A stretch of DNA of 56,808 nucleotides from Bacteroidota bacterium (GCA_024277895.1 JAJRUH010000065.1:1-56808); one strand, 5' to 3'. Counted from the stretch's first letter, positions 25,921-36,814 are shown. Notes: generated by a model not told the origin, from the letters alone. Program-made: numbers and translations.

Positions 25921-28137
25921 ATGTCTTTAAAGAAAAAATTTGTATATTTCATAGCCATACCGATTATTATTCTTTCAATTTTATTATGGCTTATTTTAAA
26001 TTTAAAATTTAATTCATATAACAAAAACATGTCTTTTGAAGAAGTCAGCAATTCTTCTAATCTCTTTTCGATGTATATTTATGACAGATTAAAAGCTGAC
26101 AAAGATGTATTAAAGACACTGGAAAATGTTCTCGAAAAAGATAATTTAAATTTATATAAAGAAAATAAAACAACTTTTCAATTATTAAAAAATGTTTTAA
26201 TTCAAAACCATAATTATAAAGCTGTTTGGTATATAATTAAAAGTGATAACGAAATTGATAATACGAAAATTATAAAAGTTTCTAAAGAAGACCAAAAAAT
26301 TGTATCTTCCGAAAAGATTTTAAATACAAAAGATTTAAACTATAAAAATATTCTTTTAAAAGCTTCTGCCGGCGAAAAAGAAATTTTCATCAGCAATAAT
26401 CATAAGAATAATAATATCATAAGTATTTCAATTCCTTTAAAAGTGAATTATACATTTGTAGGTATTTGCAGTATTGATATGAATTTCAAAGAGATTTTGA
26501 GTAACTATTACAAAAAGTTTTCAAAAAAAAATCAATACAGTTTTATATTGACTGATAATAATGATTTTATAGGCAATTCGGATATTGATTTTATTAAAGA
26601 TGACTTCATAAATGCGTTTGACAGCAAACAAACAGATTACAATACAAATAAGAAAATCACTTTCGATTTCAACTCAGGAAATGAGCAATATTTTGCTTCC
26701 GTAAAACAATTAAGTTTAAAATCAGGAGACAGTAAATGGCAAACATCTGTTATTATAAAAAATCAAAAAAACGAAGCCTTATTTTCAGAACTATATTTTC
26801 CGGCTTTACGTTTATTTATTATTCTCATAATTATTGCATTACTTTTATTTTGGCTTATCTATTTCAAAATAATAAACAGACTAAATGAAACTAAAAAAGT
26901 AATAAATGCAGTTGCATACGGCAGATTAGAAGAAATTAAAAAACTTAACATTTCTTCCGATGATGAACTTTCGGAAATTAATGCTTCGATTAACAAACTG
27001 AATAATAATTTAGATAATACGGCAAAATATATTGAAGAAATATATAAAGGTAATATTACCTTTGATTATAAACCAGTAAGTAAAAATGAAAAAATAGGCA
27101 ATTTAACAGTTGAGTTAGCAAAAAATATTAAACACTCTAAAGAAGAAGAAAAAAAGCGAAAGAGAGAAGACACAATTCAAAATTGGATTACTAAAGGGGC
27201 TGCATTATTTGCAGAAATTATCAGAGATTATTCCGATAATCTTGAAGAGTTGTCTTATGCAATTGTCAGTAAGTTAGTAAATTACACAGATGCCGACCAA
27301 GGCGGGATATTTGTAATTAATGAAAATGAGAAAAATGAAAAGTATATTGAACTGCTTGCAAGTTATGCGTATGACAGAAGGAAAATGCTTGAAAAACGTA
27401 TTCCGTACGGGGTCGGACTTGTCGGAAGATGTATTTTGGAACGTGAAACTATTTTTATGACAAAAATTCCGGATAATTATTTGAATATTACTTCCGGATT
27501 AGGAGACGACAAACCTAAAACATTAATTATAGTTCCGCTGATTTTTCACGAAGAAGTTTATGGTGTTGTTGAATTGGCTTCTTTTAAATATCTTGACGAG
27601 TATAAAATTAAATTAATAGAACAAGTGAGTGAGAGTATTGCGTCCGCTATTTCAATGGTAAAAATTAATACTCGAACGGCAGAATTGCTTCGTGAAACAA
27701 AAATCAAATCAGAACAATCAGCTTCTCAGGAAGAAGAAATCAGACAAAATATCGAAGAGATGCAAGCTGTTTCCGACGGTTTAAACCAAAAACTGGAAGA
27801 AGTTTCAAATACCTTATCGGCAATTAAAGAAACTGCAAATATTGCGGAATTTGATATGCAGGGAAGAATAACCGAAATAAGCGATAATTATCTGAAATTG
27901 TTAAAAAAAGAAAGAGAAGATATTATCGGAAAAGTGCAGGGAAGTTTCAGTTCCGAAGCTCCAAATCCGGAATCATTTAAAAAATTCTGGGATGAACTGC
28001 AAAAAGGTAAAGTGAAAGAATTTACTCAAGTTATACAAGTTAACGACAAAATGCTTAAAATCTCAAGTACTTATCATCCCGTAAAAAATGCCGCCGGTAA
28101 TGTATTTAAAGTTGTAAGTATTGCAAATATCGTATAA
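25921..28137 (+). CDS. Membrane sensor: TM, Cache-like, TM, HAMP, GAF, coiled coil, PAS; no catalytic output domain
   Basis: Two TM segments; HAMP SDDELSEI; GAF QGGIF..LASYAYDRRK..GVGLVG..YLNITSGLG..IVPL..GVVELAS; PAS EFDMQGRITEIS..FWDELQKG..YHPVKN. Confidence 0.8.
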   Translation: MSLKKKFVYFIAIPIIILSILLWLILNLKFNSYNKNMSFEEVSNSSNLFSMYIYDRLKADKDVLKTLENVLEKDNLNLYKENKTTFQLLKNVLIQNHNYKAVWYIIKSDNEIDNTKIIKVSKEDQKIVSSEKILNTKDLNYKNILLKASAGEKEIFISNNHKNNNIISISIPLKVNYTFVGICSIDMNFKEILSNYYKKFSKKNQYSFILTDNNDFIGNSDIDFIKDDFINAFDSKQTDYNTNKKITFDFNSGNEQYFASVKQLSLKSGDSKWQTSVIIKNQKNEALFSELYFPALRLFIILIIIALLLFWLIYFKIINRLNETKKVINAVAYGRLEEIKKLNISSDDELSEINASINKLNNNLDNTAKYIEEIYKGNITFDYKPVSKNEKIGNLTVELAKNIKHSKEEEKKRKREDTIQNWITKGAALFAEIIRDYSDNLEELSYAIVSKLVNYTDADQGGIFVINENEKNEKYIELLASYAYDRRKMLEKRIPYGVGLVGRCILERETIFMTKIPDNYLNITSGLGDDKPKTLIIVPLIFHEEVYGVVELASFKYLDEYKIKLIEQVSESIASAISMVKINTRTAELLRETKIKSEQSASQEEEIRQNIEEMQAVSDGLNQKLEEVSNTLSAIKETANIAEFDMQGRITEISDNYLKLLKKEREDIIGKVQGSFSSEAPNPESFKKFWDELQKGKVKEFTQVIQVNDKMLKISSTYHPVKNAAGNVFKVVSIANIV

Positions 28138-28139
28138 TT

Positions 28140-28799
28140 TTATTTCGATATCAAGGTTTTCATTTGTTTTATTATCTCTTTCGGATTTTCAACTTTAAAA
28201 ATTCCTGATCCGGAAACAAAAATATCACATCCGGCGTCAGATATTTCCTTAATATTTTCAAATTTAATTCCTCCGTCAACTTCAATTTCGATATGATTTG
28301 CACCGTTTTTTATGAACATTTCTTTAAGCTGTCGTATCTTATCCAAAGAATGCGGAATAAAACTTTGCCCTCCGAAGCCGGGATTAACAGACATAATAAG
28401 CACTAAATCAATATCGTCTAAAATATTTTCCAATACCGAAATCGGGGTATGCGGATTTAAAGAAACTCCGGCTTTAATTCCTGCTGCTTTTATTTTTTGC
28501 ACAACACGATGCACATGAACTGTTGATTCCGCATGAACGGTTAAATAATCAGCACCTGCATTTATAAAAGACTCTGTATAATAATCCGGGTCAGAAATCA
28601 TCAAATGAACATCAAGCGGAATAGTTGCAACTTCTTTAATTGCCTCAACAACAACCGGACCTATAGTAATATTAGGAACAAAATGCCCGTCCATGACGTC
28701 AATATGCAATAAATCAGCTCCGCCTTCTTCAAGCATTTTAATATCTTTTTCAAGATTTGAAAAATTTGCGGATAATAACGACGGAGATATTTTTTTCAT
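28140..28799 (-). CDS. rpe: Ribulose-phosphate 3-epimerase
   Basis: SPSLLSA, HIDVMDGHFVPN, DVHLM, MSVNPGFGGQ, EVDGG. Confidence 0.97.
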   Translation of the reverse strand: MKKISPSLLSANFSNLEKDIKMLEEGGADLLHIDVMDGHFVPNITIGPVVVEAIKEVATIPLDVHLMISDPDYYTESFINAGADYLTVHAESTVHVHRVVQKIKAAGIKAGVSLNPHTPISVLENILDDIDLVLIMSVNPGFGGQSFIPHSLDKIRQLKEMFIKNGANHIEIEVDGGIKFENIKEISDAGCDIFVSGSGIFKVENPKEIIKQMKTLISK

Positions 28800-28848
28800 A
28801 AGATAATAATTGACAATTAGACTTTACATAACTGCAACTGACCGAATT

Positions 28849-30834
28849 TTATTTTTTAAGCATTTCTTTTGCTGCCCTATAAACAGCATCAGCCGTAATA
28901 CCGAATTTTTCATATAATACTTCAAACGGTGCCGAAGCTCCGAAAGTATCCATTCCGATAAATTTTCCTTTTGTTCCTATGTATTTATACCACGACATGC
29001 TTACACCGGCTTCAACAGCAATTCTTTTTTCGGCAAAATCAGGTAAAACACTTTTCTTATAATCATCACTTTGTTTGTCAAATAATTCCTGCGACAAAAA
29101 AGAAACTACTCTGACCTCAATCCCGTCTTTATTCAACAGTTCTTTTGCATTCAGAGCAATTTCAACTTCCGAACCGGATGCCGTTAAAATAATATCAAAA
29201 TCAATATCATCACTTAAAATATATGCTCCTTTTTCGGCATCGGATAAATCAGCAAAATTTCTGCTGTGCCTGTCAACTGTTGTTAAACTTTGCCTTGTTA
29301 AAACCAAAGTTGAAGGACCGTCGGTTCTTTTTAAAGCCAATTTCCAGGCAAGAGCTGTCTCATTAGCATCCATTGGTCTGAAATTCACCATATTAGGAAT
29401 GGTTCTTAAAGACGATAAATGCTCAACAGGTTGATGTGTCGGTCCGTCTTCTCCCAGTCCGATTGAATCGTGAGTCAGAACATAAATTACTCTGATACCC
29501 ATCAAAGCTGCCATCCGCATAGCCGAACGCATATAATCCGAAAATACAAAGAAAGTTCCGCCGTAAGGTATTAAACCGCCGTGCAGTGTAATTCCGTTCA
29601 TTATCGCAGCCATTCCGAATTCTCTGATTCCGTAATGAATATAATTTCCCCATCGATTTGAAGGACTGTATTCTGTTTGGCTTTTAGCTTTTGTTTTATT
29701 AGATGGTGTTAAATCCGCCGACCCTCCGATTAACATCGGAAGTTGCTCTGCCAGTTCTTCAATTACCTTTCCGGAAGAAGCTCTGGTTGCAAGTTTTGTC
29801 CCGGCTTCAAATTCAGAAAGTTTGAAATCAGGCAGTTTATTATCAATAATATCTTGAAGTTCTATTGCGGCTTTTTCATTGTTTTCGGCATAGGATTCAA
29901 AATTTCTTTTCCAAATTTCATTTGCTTCAATTCCTTTATTTACTGTTTCTTCGGTAAAATTGCAAACTTCTTTCGGCACATAAAATTTTTCCGGTGAGAT
30001 TCCGAGATTTTCTTTGGTTAAAATAATTTCTTCTTCACCTAGCGGCGAACCGTGAATACCGGATGTGCCTGCTTTATTCGGACTTCCGAAACCTATAGTT
30101 GTATTACAAATTATAATTGTCGGTTTATCAGTTTCCGATTTTGCTTTTTTAATTGCTTCATTAATTTCATCATAATTATGTCCGTCAACTTCGGAAACAT
30201 GCCAATTATATGCCTCAAAACGTTTTTGTATATCTTCCGAAAATGATAATTTTGTTTTACCGTCAATAGTAATATGATTAGAATCGTAGAAAAGGATTAA
30301 TTTTCCGAGTTTATTATGACCCGCAAAAGAACAAACTTCGTGTGAAAGACCCTCTTCTAAATCACCGTCGCCTGCTGTTACAAAAGTATAATGATTTATT
30401 ATGTCGGAATTTGTATTATATTTTGCAGCAATTATTGATTCTGCCAACGCCATACCTACAGCATTTGCCAAACCTTGTCCGAGAGGTCCGGTTGTAGTTT
30501 CAACTCCCGGAGTATCCTGAACTTCCGGATGACCGGGTGTTTTACTGTGCCATTGTCTGAATTCTTTAATGTCGTGAATGCTCAAATCATATCCGTAGAG
30601 ATGTAACAAGCTGTATAACAACATACTTCCGTGTCCTCCGGAAAGAACAAATCTGTCTCTGTCGAACCAATCCGGATTTTTCGGATTAAACTTCAAATGT
30701 TCATTAAACAAAACTGCAGCAACATCAGCCATTCCCATAGGCAAACCCGGATGCCCGGAATTTGCTTTCTGAATAGCATCAATTGATAATCCTCTTATTG
30801 TATTTGCAACCTTTTTAAGTAAATCAGTATTCAT
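28849..30834 (-). CDS. tkt: Transketolase (single chain)
   Basis: ANSGHPG, RDRFVLSGGH, TTGPLGQG, GDGDLEEG, THDSIGLGEDGPTHQP; promoter TAACTTTG on the minus strand at 30860-30867. Confidence 0.97.
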   Translation of the reverse strand: MNTDLLKKVANTIRGLSIDAIQKANSGHPGLPMGMADVAAVLFNEHLKFNPKNPDWFDRDRFVLSGGHGSMLLYSLLHLYGYDLSIHDIKEFRQWHSKTPGHPEVQDTPGVETTTGPLGQGLANAVGMALAESIIAAKYNTNSDIINHYTFVTAGDGDLEEGLSHEVCSFAGHNKLGKLILFYDSNHITIDGKTKLSFSEDIQKRFEAYNWHVSEVDGHNYDEINEAIKKAKSETDKPTIIICNTTIGFGSPNKAGTSGIHGSPLGEEEIILTKENLGISPEKFYVPKEVCNFTEETVNKGIEANEIWKRNFESYAENNEKAAIELQDIIDNKLPDFKLSEFEAGTKLATRASSGKVIEELAEQLPMLIGGSADLTPSNKTKAKSQTEYSPSNRWGNYIHYGIREFGMAAIMNGITLHGGLIPYGGTFFVFSDYMRSAMRMAALMGIRVIYVLTHDSIGLGEDGPTHQPVEHLSSLRTIPNMVNFRPMDANETALAWKLALKRTDGPSTLVLTRQSLTTVDRHSRNFADLSDAEKGAYILSDDIDFDIILTASGSEVEIALNAKELLNKDGIEVRVVSFLSQELFDKQSDDYKKSVLPDFAEKRIAVEAGVSMSWYKYIGTKGKFIGMDTFGASAPFEVLYEKFGITADAVYRAAKEMLKK

Positions 30835-30919
30835 CTTTTTTTATTAAATTTAAAGACGACAAAGTTACTAAAAAATAATTTGAAATTTTTATTTTTTTAA
30901 AGACCTTGTTGTATTAACA

Positions 30920-30952
30920 AGTCAAGGTTTCACTTAAAGCGAAACCCTGACT
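30920..30952. repeat. REP-like hairpin or terminator (AGTCAAGGTTTC-N9-GAAACCCTGACT)
   Basis: 12-bp inverted repeat with one mismatch, downstream of the DUF4476 gene. Confidence 0.5.
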
Positions 30953-30975
30953 AATGTAATGTCTTTTAATATATT

Positions 30976-31731
30976 TCACCAATTCTCTCTGTATGACGGT
31001 CGGTTATTATTATTTCTGTTGTAATAATTCCAATCGTTATCATAATAATCAGATTGATTCCTTCCTATAAAATTATTCAACTCACGAATACTGCTGCTGA
31101 AACTGAAGGCATTATTTACGAGATAATAGTTTCGTTTATCAACACAATATTTATAAGCAAATTTTGCAAATTTTAATTTTGTTGATTCAAAACTGAACAT
31201 TGTTAATATTCGATATACCTGATTTGCTTTAACACGGTGCGTAGAAACAGCTTGTTCGGCAATAATTTGTTTATCATTTTCAAAAGATGCCCGTCTCATA
31301 GAATTTTGAAGTCTTGCAATATCTAACATCGGTCTGTTATAATATCCGCCTCCGTTATTATAATATCCGTTTCCGTATCCGTTATTTAAATGAACAACAT
31401 TAAGCATAACCAGCCTGTTATATCTGTTAATTTTGGCTTTTACACGCGAACGTGCGGGAATACGTATATTTCCGTTGTAAATAGTTCTGAATGCACCATA
31501 ACGCCCTCCTACCCTTTGCTTTACAATTAAACGGTGAGAACCTCCCATTATTCCGGAAAGAGTAAATAAACTTGTCGGAACATTATAAATTCTTCGGTCA
31601 AAAATAACCGTAAACATAGAATTGTTATCTAATCTTAATCTTAATTCAGAAGAACCGTATCTTTGGGCTTCAGAACTTTTAGGAGCTAAGAGAACACCTA
31701 AAATTGCGAATGTAAAAATTAATCTTTTCAT
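30976..31731 (-). CDS. Exported DUF4476-domain protein
   Basis: Signal peptide; SFENDK, FSFESTKLKFAKFAY..CVDKRNYY.V..AFSFSSS; G/Y/N-rich linkers. Confidence 0.8.
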   Translation of the reverse strand: MKRLIFTFAILGVLLAPKSSEAQRYGSSELRLRLDNNSMFTVIFDRRIYNVPTSLFTLSGIMGGSHRLIVKQRVGGRYGAFRTIYNGNIRIPARSRVKAKINRYNRLVMLNVVHLNNGYGNGYYNNGGGYYNRPMLDIARLQNSMRRASFENDKQIIAEQAVSTHRVKANQVYRILTMFSFESTKLKFAKFAYKYCVDKRNYYLVNNAFSFSSSIRELNNFIGRNQSDYYDNDWNYYNRNNNNRPSYRENW

Positions 31732-31768
31732 AGTTTCTCCTTTTTTAGTTTGATTTAATAATTATAAA

Positions 31769-31782
31769 TCAATTCGTATGCC
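31769..31782 (-). promoter_or_regulatory. Sigma54-like -24/-12 promoter (GGCATACGAATTGA)
   Basis: GGCA..N5..TTG spacing on the minus strand upstream of the DUF4476 gene. Confidence 0.5.
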
Positions 31783-31792
31783 GGAAAAAGAG

Positions 31793-32410
31793 TTAAGGAT
31801 TAATCAGAGTATCAACAGGCACTCTTTTTAAGGTATCTTTTTTTATTACTGTCTGATTATCAATATGTATAAACGGTTGTTTAATGTTAATATCTTCTTT
31901 CAAATTAAAATAATGAGTAATTTTATTTTCCAAACTGTCTCGCTTCATTAAACCTTCTTTAACATACAAAGTATCTTCTCCGTTAAAAAATATTTGTCCT
32001 ATAAACAAATCCTTTGCTTTTCTGTTAAAGAACAATGTATCGCCTGATTTTGTTATAAAGGCAATTGTAGGATTAACAGCATAAACATAATTTACATTAA
32101 CATTTTTTAATGCCGATTTCGTATTCTTTGCAGTTTTTTTAAATTGCTTGTAAATTGTTTCAAAATCCCATTCGGAATATGTCCCGGAACGATGTATAAA
32201 TTGCTTAAATTCTTTTTCGGATAAACTGAAAAATACCAAACTGTTCGGCTTAACATACAATACATCTTGCAAATCAATTGCATTACTGTCAGTATCGGCA
32301 AAATCCGTTAAAGTATCATTTATTTTTTTTTCGGATAAATTATTCCCTTTATTATTTATTCGGCATGAGCTTAAAAGCAAAATTACGAATATTGAGATTA
32401 GTATTTTCAT
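31793..32410 (-). CDS. Hypothetical lipoprotein
   Basis: Start MKILIS at 32410, lipobox LSSC; promoter TATCTTTG on the minus strand at 32429-32436. Confidence 0.7.
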   Translation of the reverse strand: MKILISIFVILLLSSCRINNKGNNLSEKKINDTLTDFADTDSNAIDLQDVLYVKPNSLVFFSLSEKEFKQFIHRSGTYSEWDFETIYKQFKKTAKNTKSALKNVNVNYVYAVNPTIAFITKSGDTLFFNRKAKDLFIGQIFFNGEDTLYVKEGLMKRDSLENKITHYFNLKEDINIKQPFIHIDNQTVIKKDTLKRVPVDTLINP

Positions 32411-32512
32411 CTCGTTATTATTTTTTTGCAAAGATACATTTTTATCAATTATAAAAATCACATTATGTTTTTAACTTTGCAAAACTAATAATCAATTATT
32501 TAAAGTAACAAT

Positions 32513-33745
32513 ATGTATAACACAGTTTTTCTCATCATTATCGTGATTTTAGTATTTTCTTATATTCTTTCGGAATATTTGGATTTTTTAAATTCAAAAT
32601 ACAGAAATAAAAACATACCCGATGAACTTAAAGGTATTTATGATGATGAAAAATATGAGAAATCACAGAAATACGGAAAAACTAATTCAAAACTTTCGTT
32701 TTTAAGTTCTTCGTTTGTTTTAGTTCTGACTTTGGGAATGTTTTTTTTCGGAGGATTTAATTTCGTTAATGAAATTGCAGTTTCTTTTTCCGATAATAAA
32801 ATAATTCAGGCATTAATATTTTTCGGAATTCTGCTTTTGGCATCGGATATTATTACTACTCCGTTTGCCGTTTATTCGGTTTTTGTAATTGAAGAAAAAT
32901 TCGGATTTAACAAAACAACGGTTAAAACATTTATTTTTGATAAACTGAAAGGCTGGTTGCTCGGAGCTGTAATCGGGGGCGGAATACTTGCTCTCATTAC
33001 TTGGTTTTATCTGAAAACAAACAATATGTTTTGGATTTATGCTTGGATTACGGTAAGTATTTTTTCTGTTTTTATGACAATGTTTTATTCGAGCATAATA
33101 GTCCCGCTTTTTAACAAACAAACACCTCTTGAAGATGGCGAACTGCGAAATGCAATAGAAAAATTTGCCCGAAAAGCAGGATTTAAATTAGATAATATTT
33201 TCGTAATAGACGGTTCAAAACGTTCAACCAAAGCAAACGCATATTTCAGCGGTTTAGGTCCGAAAAAACGAATCGTTCTTTATGACACATTGATTAATGA
33301 TTTGACTGTTGATGAAATTGTTGCGGTTTTGGCTCACGAAACAGGACATTACAAAAAAAAACATACCGTAAGCAACATTATTACGGCAATAGTTCAAAGC
33401 GGAATTATGTTTTATATTTTCTCATTACTTGTTGATAATCCGCAACTTTCGCAGGCATTGGGCTCCGAAACAGTAAGTTTTCAGTTAGGATTGGTTGCTT
33501 TCGGCATTCTATACAGTCCGATTTCCATGATTATAGGTTTCTTTATGAACGGAATTTCTCGAAAACACGAATACGAAGCCGATGCTTTTGCAAAGAAATA
33601 CGGACAAGCAGAGGGTTTAATTTCAGGATTGAAAAAGCTTACAGCAAAAAATTTAAGCAACCTTACACCCCACCCTTTATACGTAAAATTCAACTTTTCA
33701 CACCCTACTCTTTATCAACGAATTAAAGCTCTTAAAAATGCATAA
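32513..33745 (+). CDS. M48 family (Ste24/HtpX-like) membrane zinc metallopeptidase
   Basis: DGSKRSTKANAYFSG, KRIVLYDTL, AHETGH (HExxH), EYEAD, SHP. Confidence 0.93.
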   Translation: MYNTVFLIIIVILVFSYILSEYLDFLNSKYRNKNIPDELKGIYDDEKYEKSQKYGKTNSKLSFLSSSFVLVLTLGMFFFGGFNFVNEIAVSFSDNKIIQALIFFGILLLASDIITTPFAVYSVFVIEEKFGFNKTTVKTFIFDKLKGWLLGAVIGGGILALITWFYLKTNNMFWIYAWITVSIFSVFMTMFYSSIIVPLFNKQTPLEDGELRNAIEKFARKAGFKLDNIFVIDGSKRSTKANAYFSGLGPKKRIVLYDTLINDLTVDEIVAVLAHETGHYKKKHTVSNIITAIVQSGIMFYIFSLLVDNPQLSQALGSETVSFQLGLVAFGILYSPISMIIGFFMNGISRKHEYEADAFAKKYGQAEGLISGLKKLTAKNLSNLTPHPLYVKFNFSHPTLYQRIKALKNA

Positions 33746-34712
33746 TCGCGAAATTGAACGAAAATTTTTAGTTTTAAACAATGATTTTATAAAAGAAGCA
33801 ACCGGAAAGGCTGAAATAAAGCAAGGATATTTATCAAAAGACCCTGAAAGAACTGTAAGAATAAGACTAAAAGACAATAAAGGATTTCTTACCGTAAAAG
33901 GAATTGTGAATTCAAGCGGTGCAGAAAGATTTGAATACGAAACCGAAATTAACAAGCAAGATGCTTTGCAATTACTCGATTTATGCCTTCCGGAAATAAT
34001 TATTAAAACAAGATATTTTATCCCGAAAGAAAATCATACTTTTGAAACAGATGTTTTTGAAGAAAAAAATAAAGGTTTGGTTCTGTCCGAAATTGAATTA
34101 AATGATGAAAATGAGTTTTTTGAAAAACCGAAATGGCTCGGAGAAGAAGTTACCGGAGATAAACGCTTTTATAATTCATATCTTTCCGATTATCCTTTTT
34201 CCGGTTGGGATAAAAAAGTTAATTCCGGAGATATTATTTCGAAAATAACAAAAAAGATGATTTCATATTTCGGAAAAGACATAAGAAGAATTAACCATGC
34301 TTTGAAAGTTTTTGCTTATGTGCAAAATATCGGAAAACTTGAAGATTTAGATAAAGAAAAGCAACAGACGGTTGAAATTTGCGGTCTTTTGCACGATATA
34401 GGAATTAAAGTTTGTGAAGAAAAATACGGTTCAACAGCCGGAAAATATCAAGAAACAGAAAGCCCGATAATTGCTGAAGAAATACTGACCGAATTTAATA
34501 TTTCCGAAAAAATTAAAGAACGAATACTTTTTATTATTTCAAACCACCACAGCTACAATAAAATTGACGACACGGATTTCCAAATTCTCGTTGAAGCCGA
34601 TTTTTTGGTAAATTTTGAAGAAGGAAACGAAAGCAAAAAAAATATTCCTTCCGTAAAGCAAAATATTTTTAAAACAAAAACAGGTATCTCATTTTTGAAC
34701 AGTATTTTCTGA
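33738..34712 (+). CDS. CYTH domain fused to an HD-domain phosphohydrolase
   Basis: EIERKFLV, QGYL, TVRIR, EIEL, WLGEEVTGD.RFYN (CYTH); then INHALKV, LLHDIG, NHH, EADFLVN (HD). Confidence 0.82.
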   Translation: MHNREIERKFLVLNNDFIKEATGKAEIKQGYLSKDPERTVRIRLKDNKGFLTVKGIVNSSGAERFEYETEINKQDALQLLDLCLPEIIIKTRYFIPKENHTFETDVFEEKNKGLVLSEIELNDENEFFEKPKWLGEEVTGDKRFYNSYLSDYPFSGWDKKVNSGDIISKITKKMISYFGKDIRRINHALKVFAYVQNIGKLEDLDKEKQQTVEICGLLHDIGIKVCEEKYGSTAGKYQETESPIIAEEILTEFNISEKIKERILFIISNHHSYNKIDDTDFQILVEADFLVNFEEGNESKKNIPSVKQNIFKTKTGISFLNSIF

Positions 34713-34714
34713 TT

Positions 34715-36814
34715 TTATTCCGATAACAGTTTTTCGGCTTCGGCAACAGTTTTTACCGGTTGTTTACAAACATAATTTCTGCAAACATAAATTAAAGTTT
34801 CTCCTTTTTTATATCTGTCCTTAAAAACAGGAATAACTGATTTTCCGGGAACACCGGCAAAAAATACGTCAGGTCGATATTTTTCTGTTAATTTTTCTTT
34901 AAAAGTTTTATAATCTTTCCCTACAATTACAAGTTCATAAGACGGTTTTGAAAAATACAGATACAATGAGGCCCAAGCCGCAAAATAATTCAAATTCGAT
35001 AATAAGTTTTCTTCTGTTTTTAAAACCATTTTTTTTGAAATATCAAGATACCGAGAGTCAGAAAACATAATACCCAAAGAATAAAGATTTTTTGCAGCGA
35101 CTGAATTTGAAGCAGGAATAACATTATCGGAAATTTCTTTTTGCCTTACAGTTAATTTTGCATCTTTATCAGAAGTATAAAAAAACATTCCTGATTTTTT
35201 ATCGTAAAAATGTGTAAGTAAATAATCAGTTAATAATTTTGCTGTTTGCAAATATTTTTCATTGCCTGAGGCTTGATACAGTTTTATAAAAGCTTCAGCA
35301 GTAAAAACATAATCATCGGAAAAAGCATTTATTTTTGCATTTCCGTTTTTATAACTTCTTTTAAGACCTAAATTCGAACTTAATAATTTTTCAATAATAA
35401 AATTTGCCGCATTTTCGGCACTTTGCAAATATTCCCTTTTCCCGAAAACTTCATAAGCATCAATATAACCGGAAATCATCAGAGCATTCCATGAAGTAAG
35501 AATTTTATCGTCTAAACCTGGTTTTACTCTTTTTTTGCGTTCTTTTAATAAAATTTGTTTTTGTTCATTTATTGCTTTTTCGGATAAATTATATTTCTCA
35601 AAAACTTTATCGGATTTTTCGTTTACATACAAAATATTTTTGCCGTTTTCCCAATTTCCGATATTGCTTACATTATAATAATCGCAAAATAATTTCGATT
35701 TTTCTTTTAGTAAAGCCTCAATCTCAGTTTTTGTCCAAACATAATATTTTCCTTCTTCACCTTCGCTGTCGGCATCATAAGATGAATAAAAAGCATTTTC
35801 GGGAGATGTCATTTCATTTTTTATAAATTCCGTTGTTTGAAAAACTACATTTTTATATAAATCATTTCCCGTCAGTAAATATGCTTTACTGTAAAGACTT
35901 ACAAGTTGTGCATTATCATAAAGCATTTTCTCGAAATGCGGAACAATCCATTTTGCATCAGTCGAATATCTGGAAAAACCTCCTGCTAATTGATCATATA
36001 TTCCGCCTTTTGCAATACTACTCAGTGTTAACTCAACTTGACTCTTTATATTTTTATCATTTGAATAAAAACTGTATTCAAGAAAATAATTCCAAAGAAC
36101 AGGCATCGGAAATTTAGGAGAATAATTTGTTCCGCCGTATTTTGTGTCGAAATTTGAAATAAAACGTTCCGTTGCTTTCCTAATTTTGATAAAATCAAAC
36201 GTATTATCAGCCGATTCGGAAAATGAAAATTCCGATTTTTGAATTCCTGCCTGAATATTTTTTGCAGTTTCAAGGAATTTTGTTTTATCAAGTTTATAAG
36301 ATTCCGATAAGTTTAATAATATTTTCTTCCAATCATTCGGTCTGAAATATGTCCCTCCGTAAACAGGCTTGCCGTCGGGCAATGCAAAACAATTTAAAGG
36401 CCAACCTCCTCTTCCGGTAATTAACTGAACTGCTGTCATATAAATATTATCAATATCCGGTCGTTCTTCTCTGTCCACTTTAATACAAATAAAATTATCG
36501 TTCATAATTTTTGCAATCTCCTCATTTTCAAAGCATTCATGTGCCATAACATGACACCAATGACAGGCAGAATATCCGATACTGATAATAATTAATTTAT
36601 CTTCATCTTGTGCTTTTTTCAATGCTTCATCACCCCAAGGATACCAATTTACGGGATTATGTGCATGTTGCAACAGATAAGGACTGTTTTCATGAATTAA
36701 GTGATTTGTGTATTTATGTTCAGCTAATTTTATATTATCGGAATTTTGTTTAAGCATATTACAATTGAGATTTAAAATGATTATGACAGCAAAAATATTA
36801 ACATATATTTTCAT
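34715..36814 (-). CDS. YyaL/SSP411 family thioredoxin-domain protein (DUF255 plus alpha/alpha barrel)
   Basis: [53 protein letters not shown]. Confidence 0.92.
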   Translation of the reverse strand: MKIYVNIFAVIIILNLNCNMLKQNSDNIKLAEHKYTNHLIHENSPYLLQHAHNPVNWYPWGDEALKKAQDEDKLIIISIGYSACHWCHVMAHECFENEEIAKIMNDNFICIKVDREERPDIDNIYMTAVQLITGRGGWPLNCFALPDGKPVYGGTYFRPNDWKKILLNLSESYKLDKTKFLETAKNIQAGIQKSEFSFSESADNTFDFIKIRKATERFISNFDTKYGGTNYSPKFPMPVLWNYFLEYSFYSNDKNIKSQVELTLSSIAKGGIYDQLAGGFSRYSTDAKWIVPHFEKMLYDNAQLVSLYSKAYLLTGNDLYKNVVFQTTEFIKNEMTSPENAFYSSYDADSEGEEGKYYVWTKTEIEALLKEKSKLFCDYYNVSNIGNWENGKNILYVNEKSDKVFEKYNLSEKAINEQKQILLKERKKRVKPGLDDKILTSWNALMISGYIDAYEVFGKREYLQSAENAANFIIEKLLSSNLGLKRSYKNGNAKINAFSDDYVFTAEAFIKLYQASGNEKYLQTAKLLTDYLLTHFYDKKSGMFFYTSDKDAKLTVRQKEISDNVIPASNSVAAKNLYSLGIMFSDSRYLDISKKMVLKTEENLLSNLNYFAAWASLYLYFSKPSYELVIVGKDYKTFKEKLTEKYRPDVFFAGVPGKSVIPVFKDRYKKGETLIYVCRNYVCKQPVKTVAEAEKLLSE

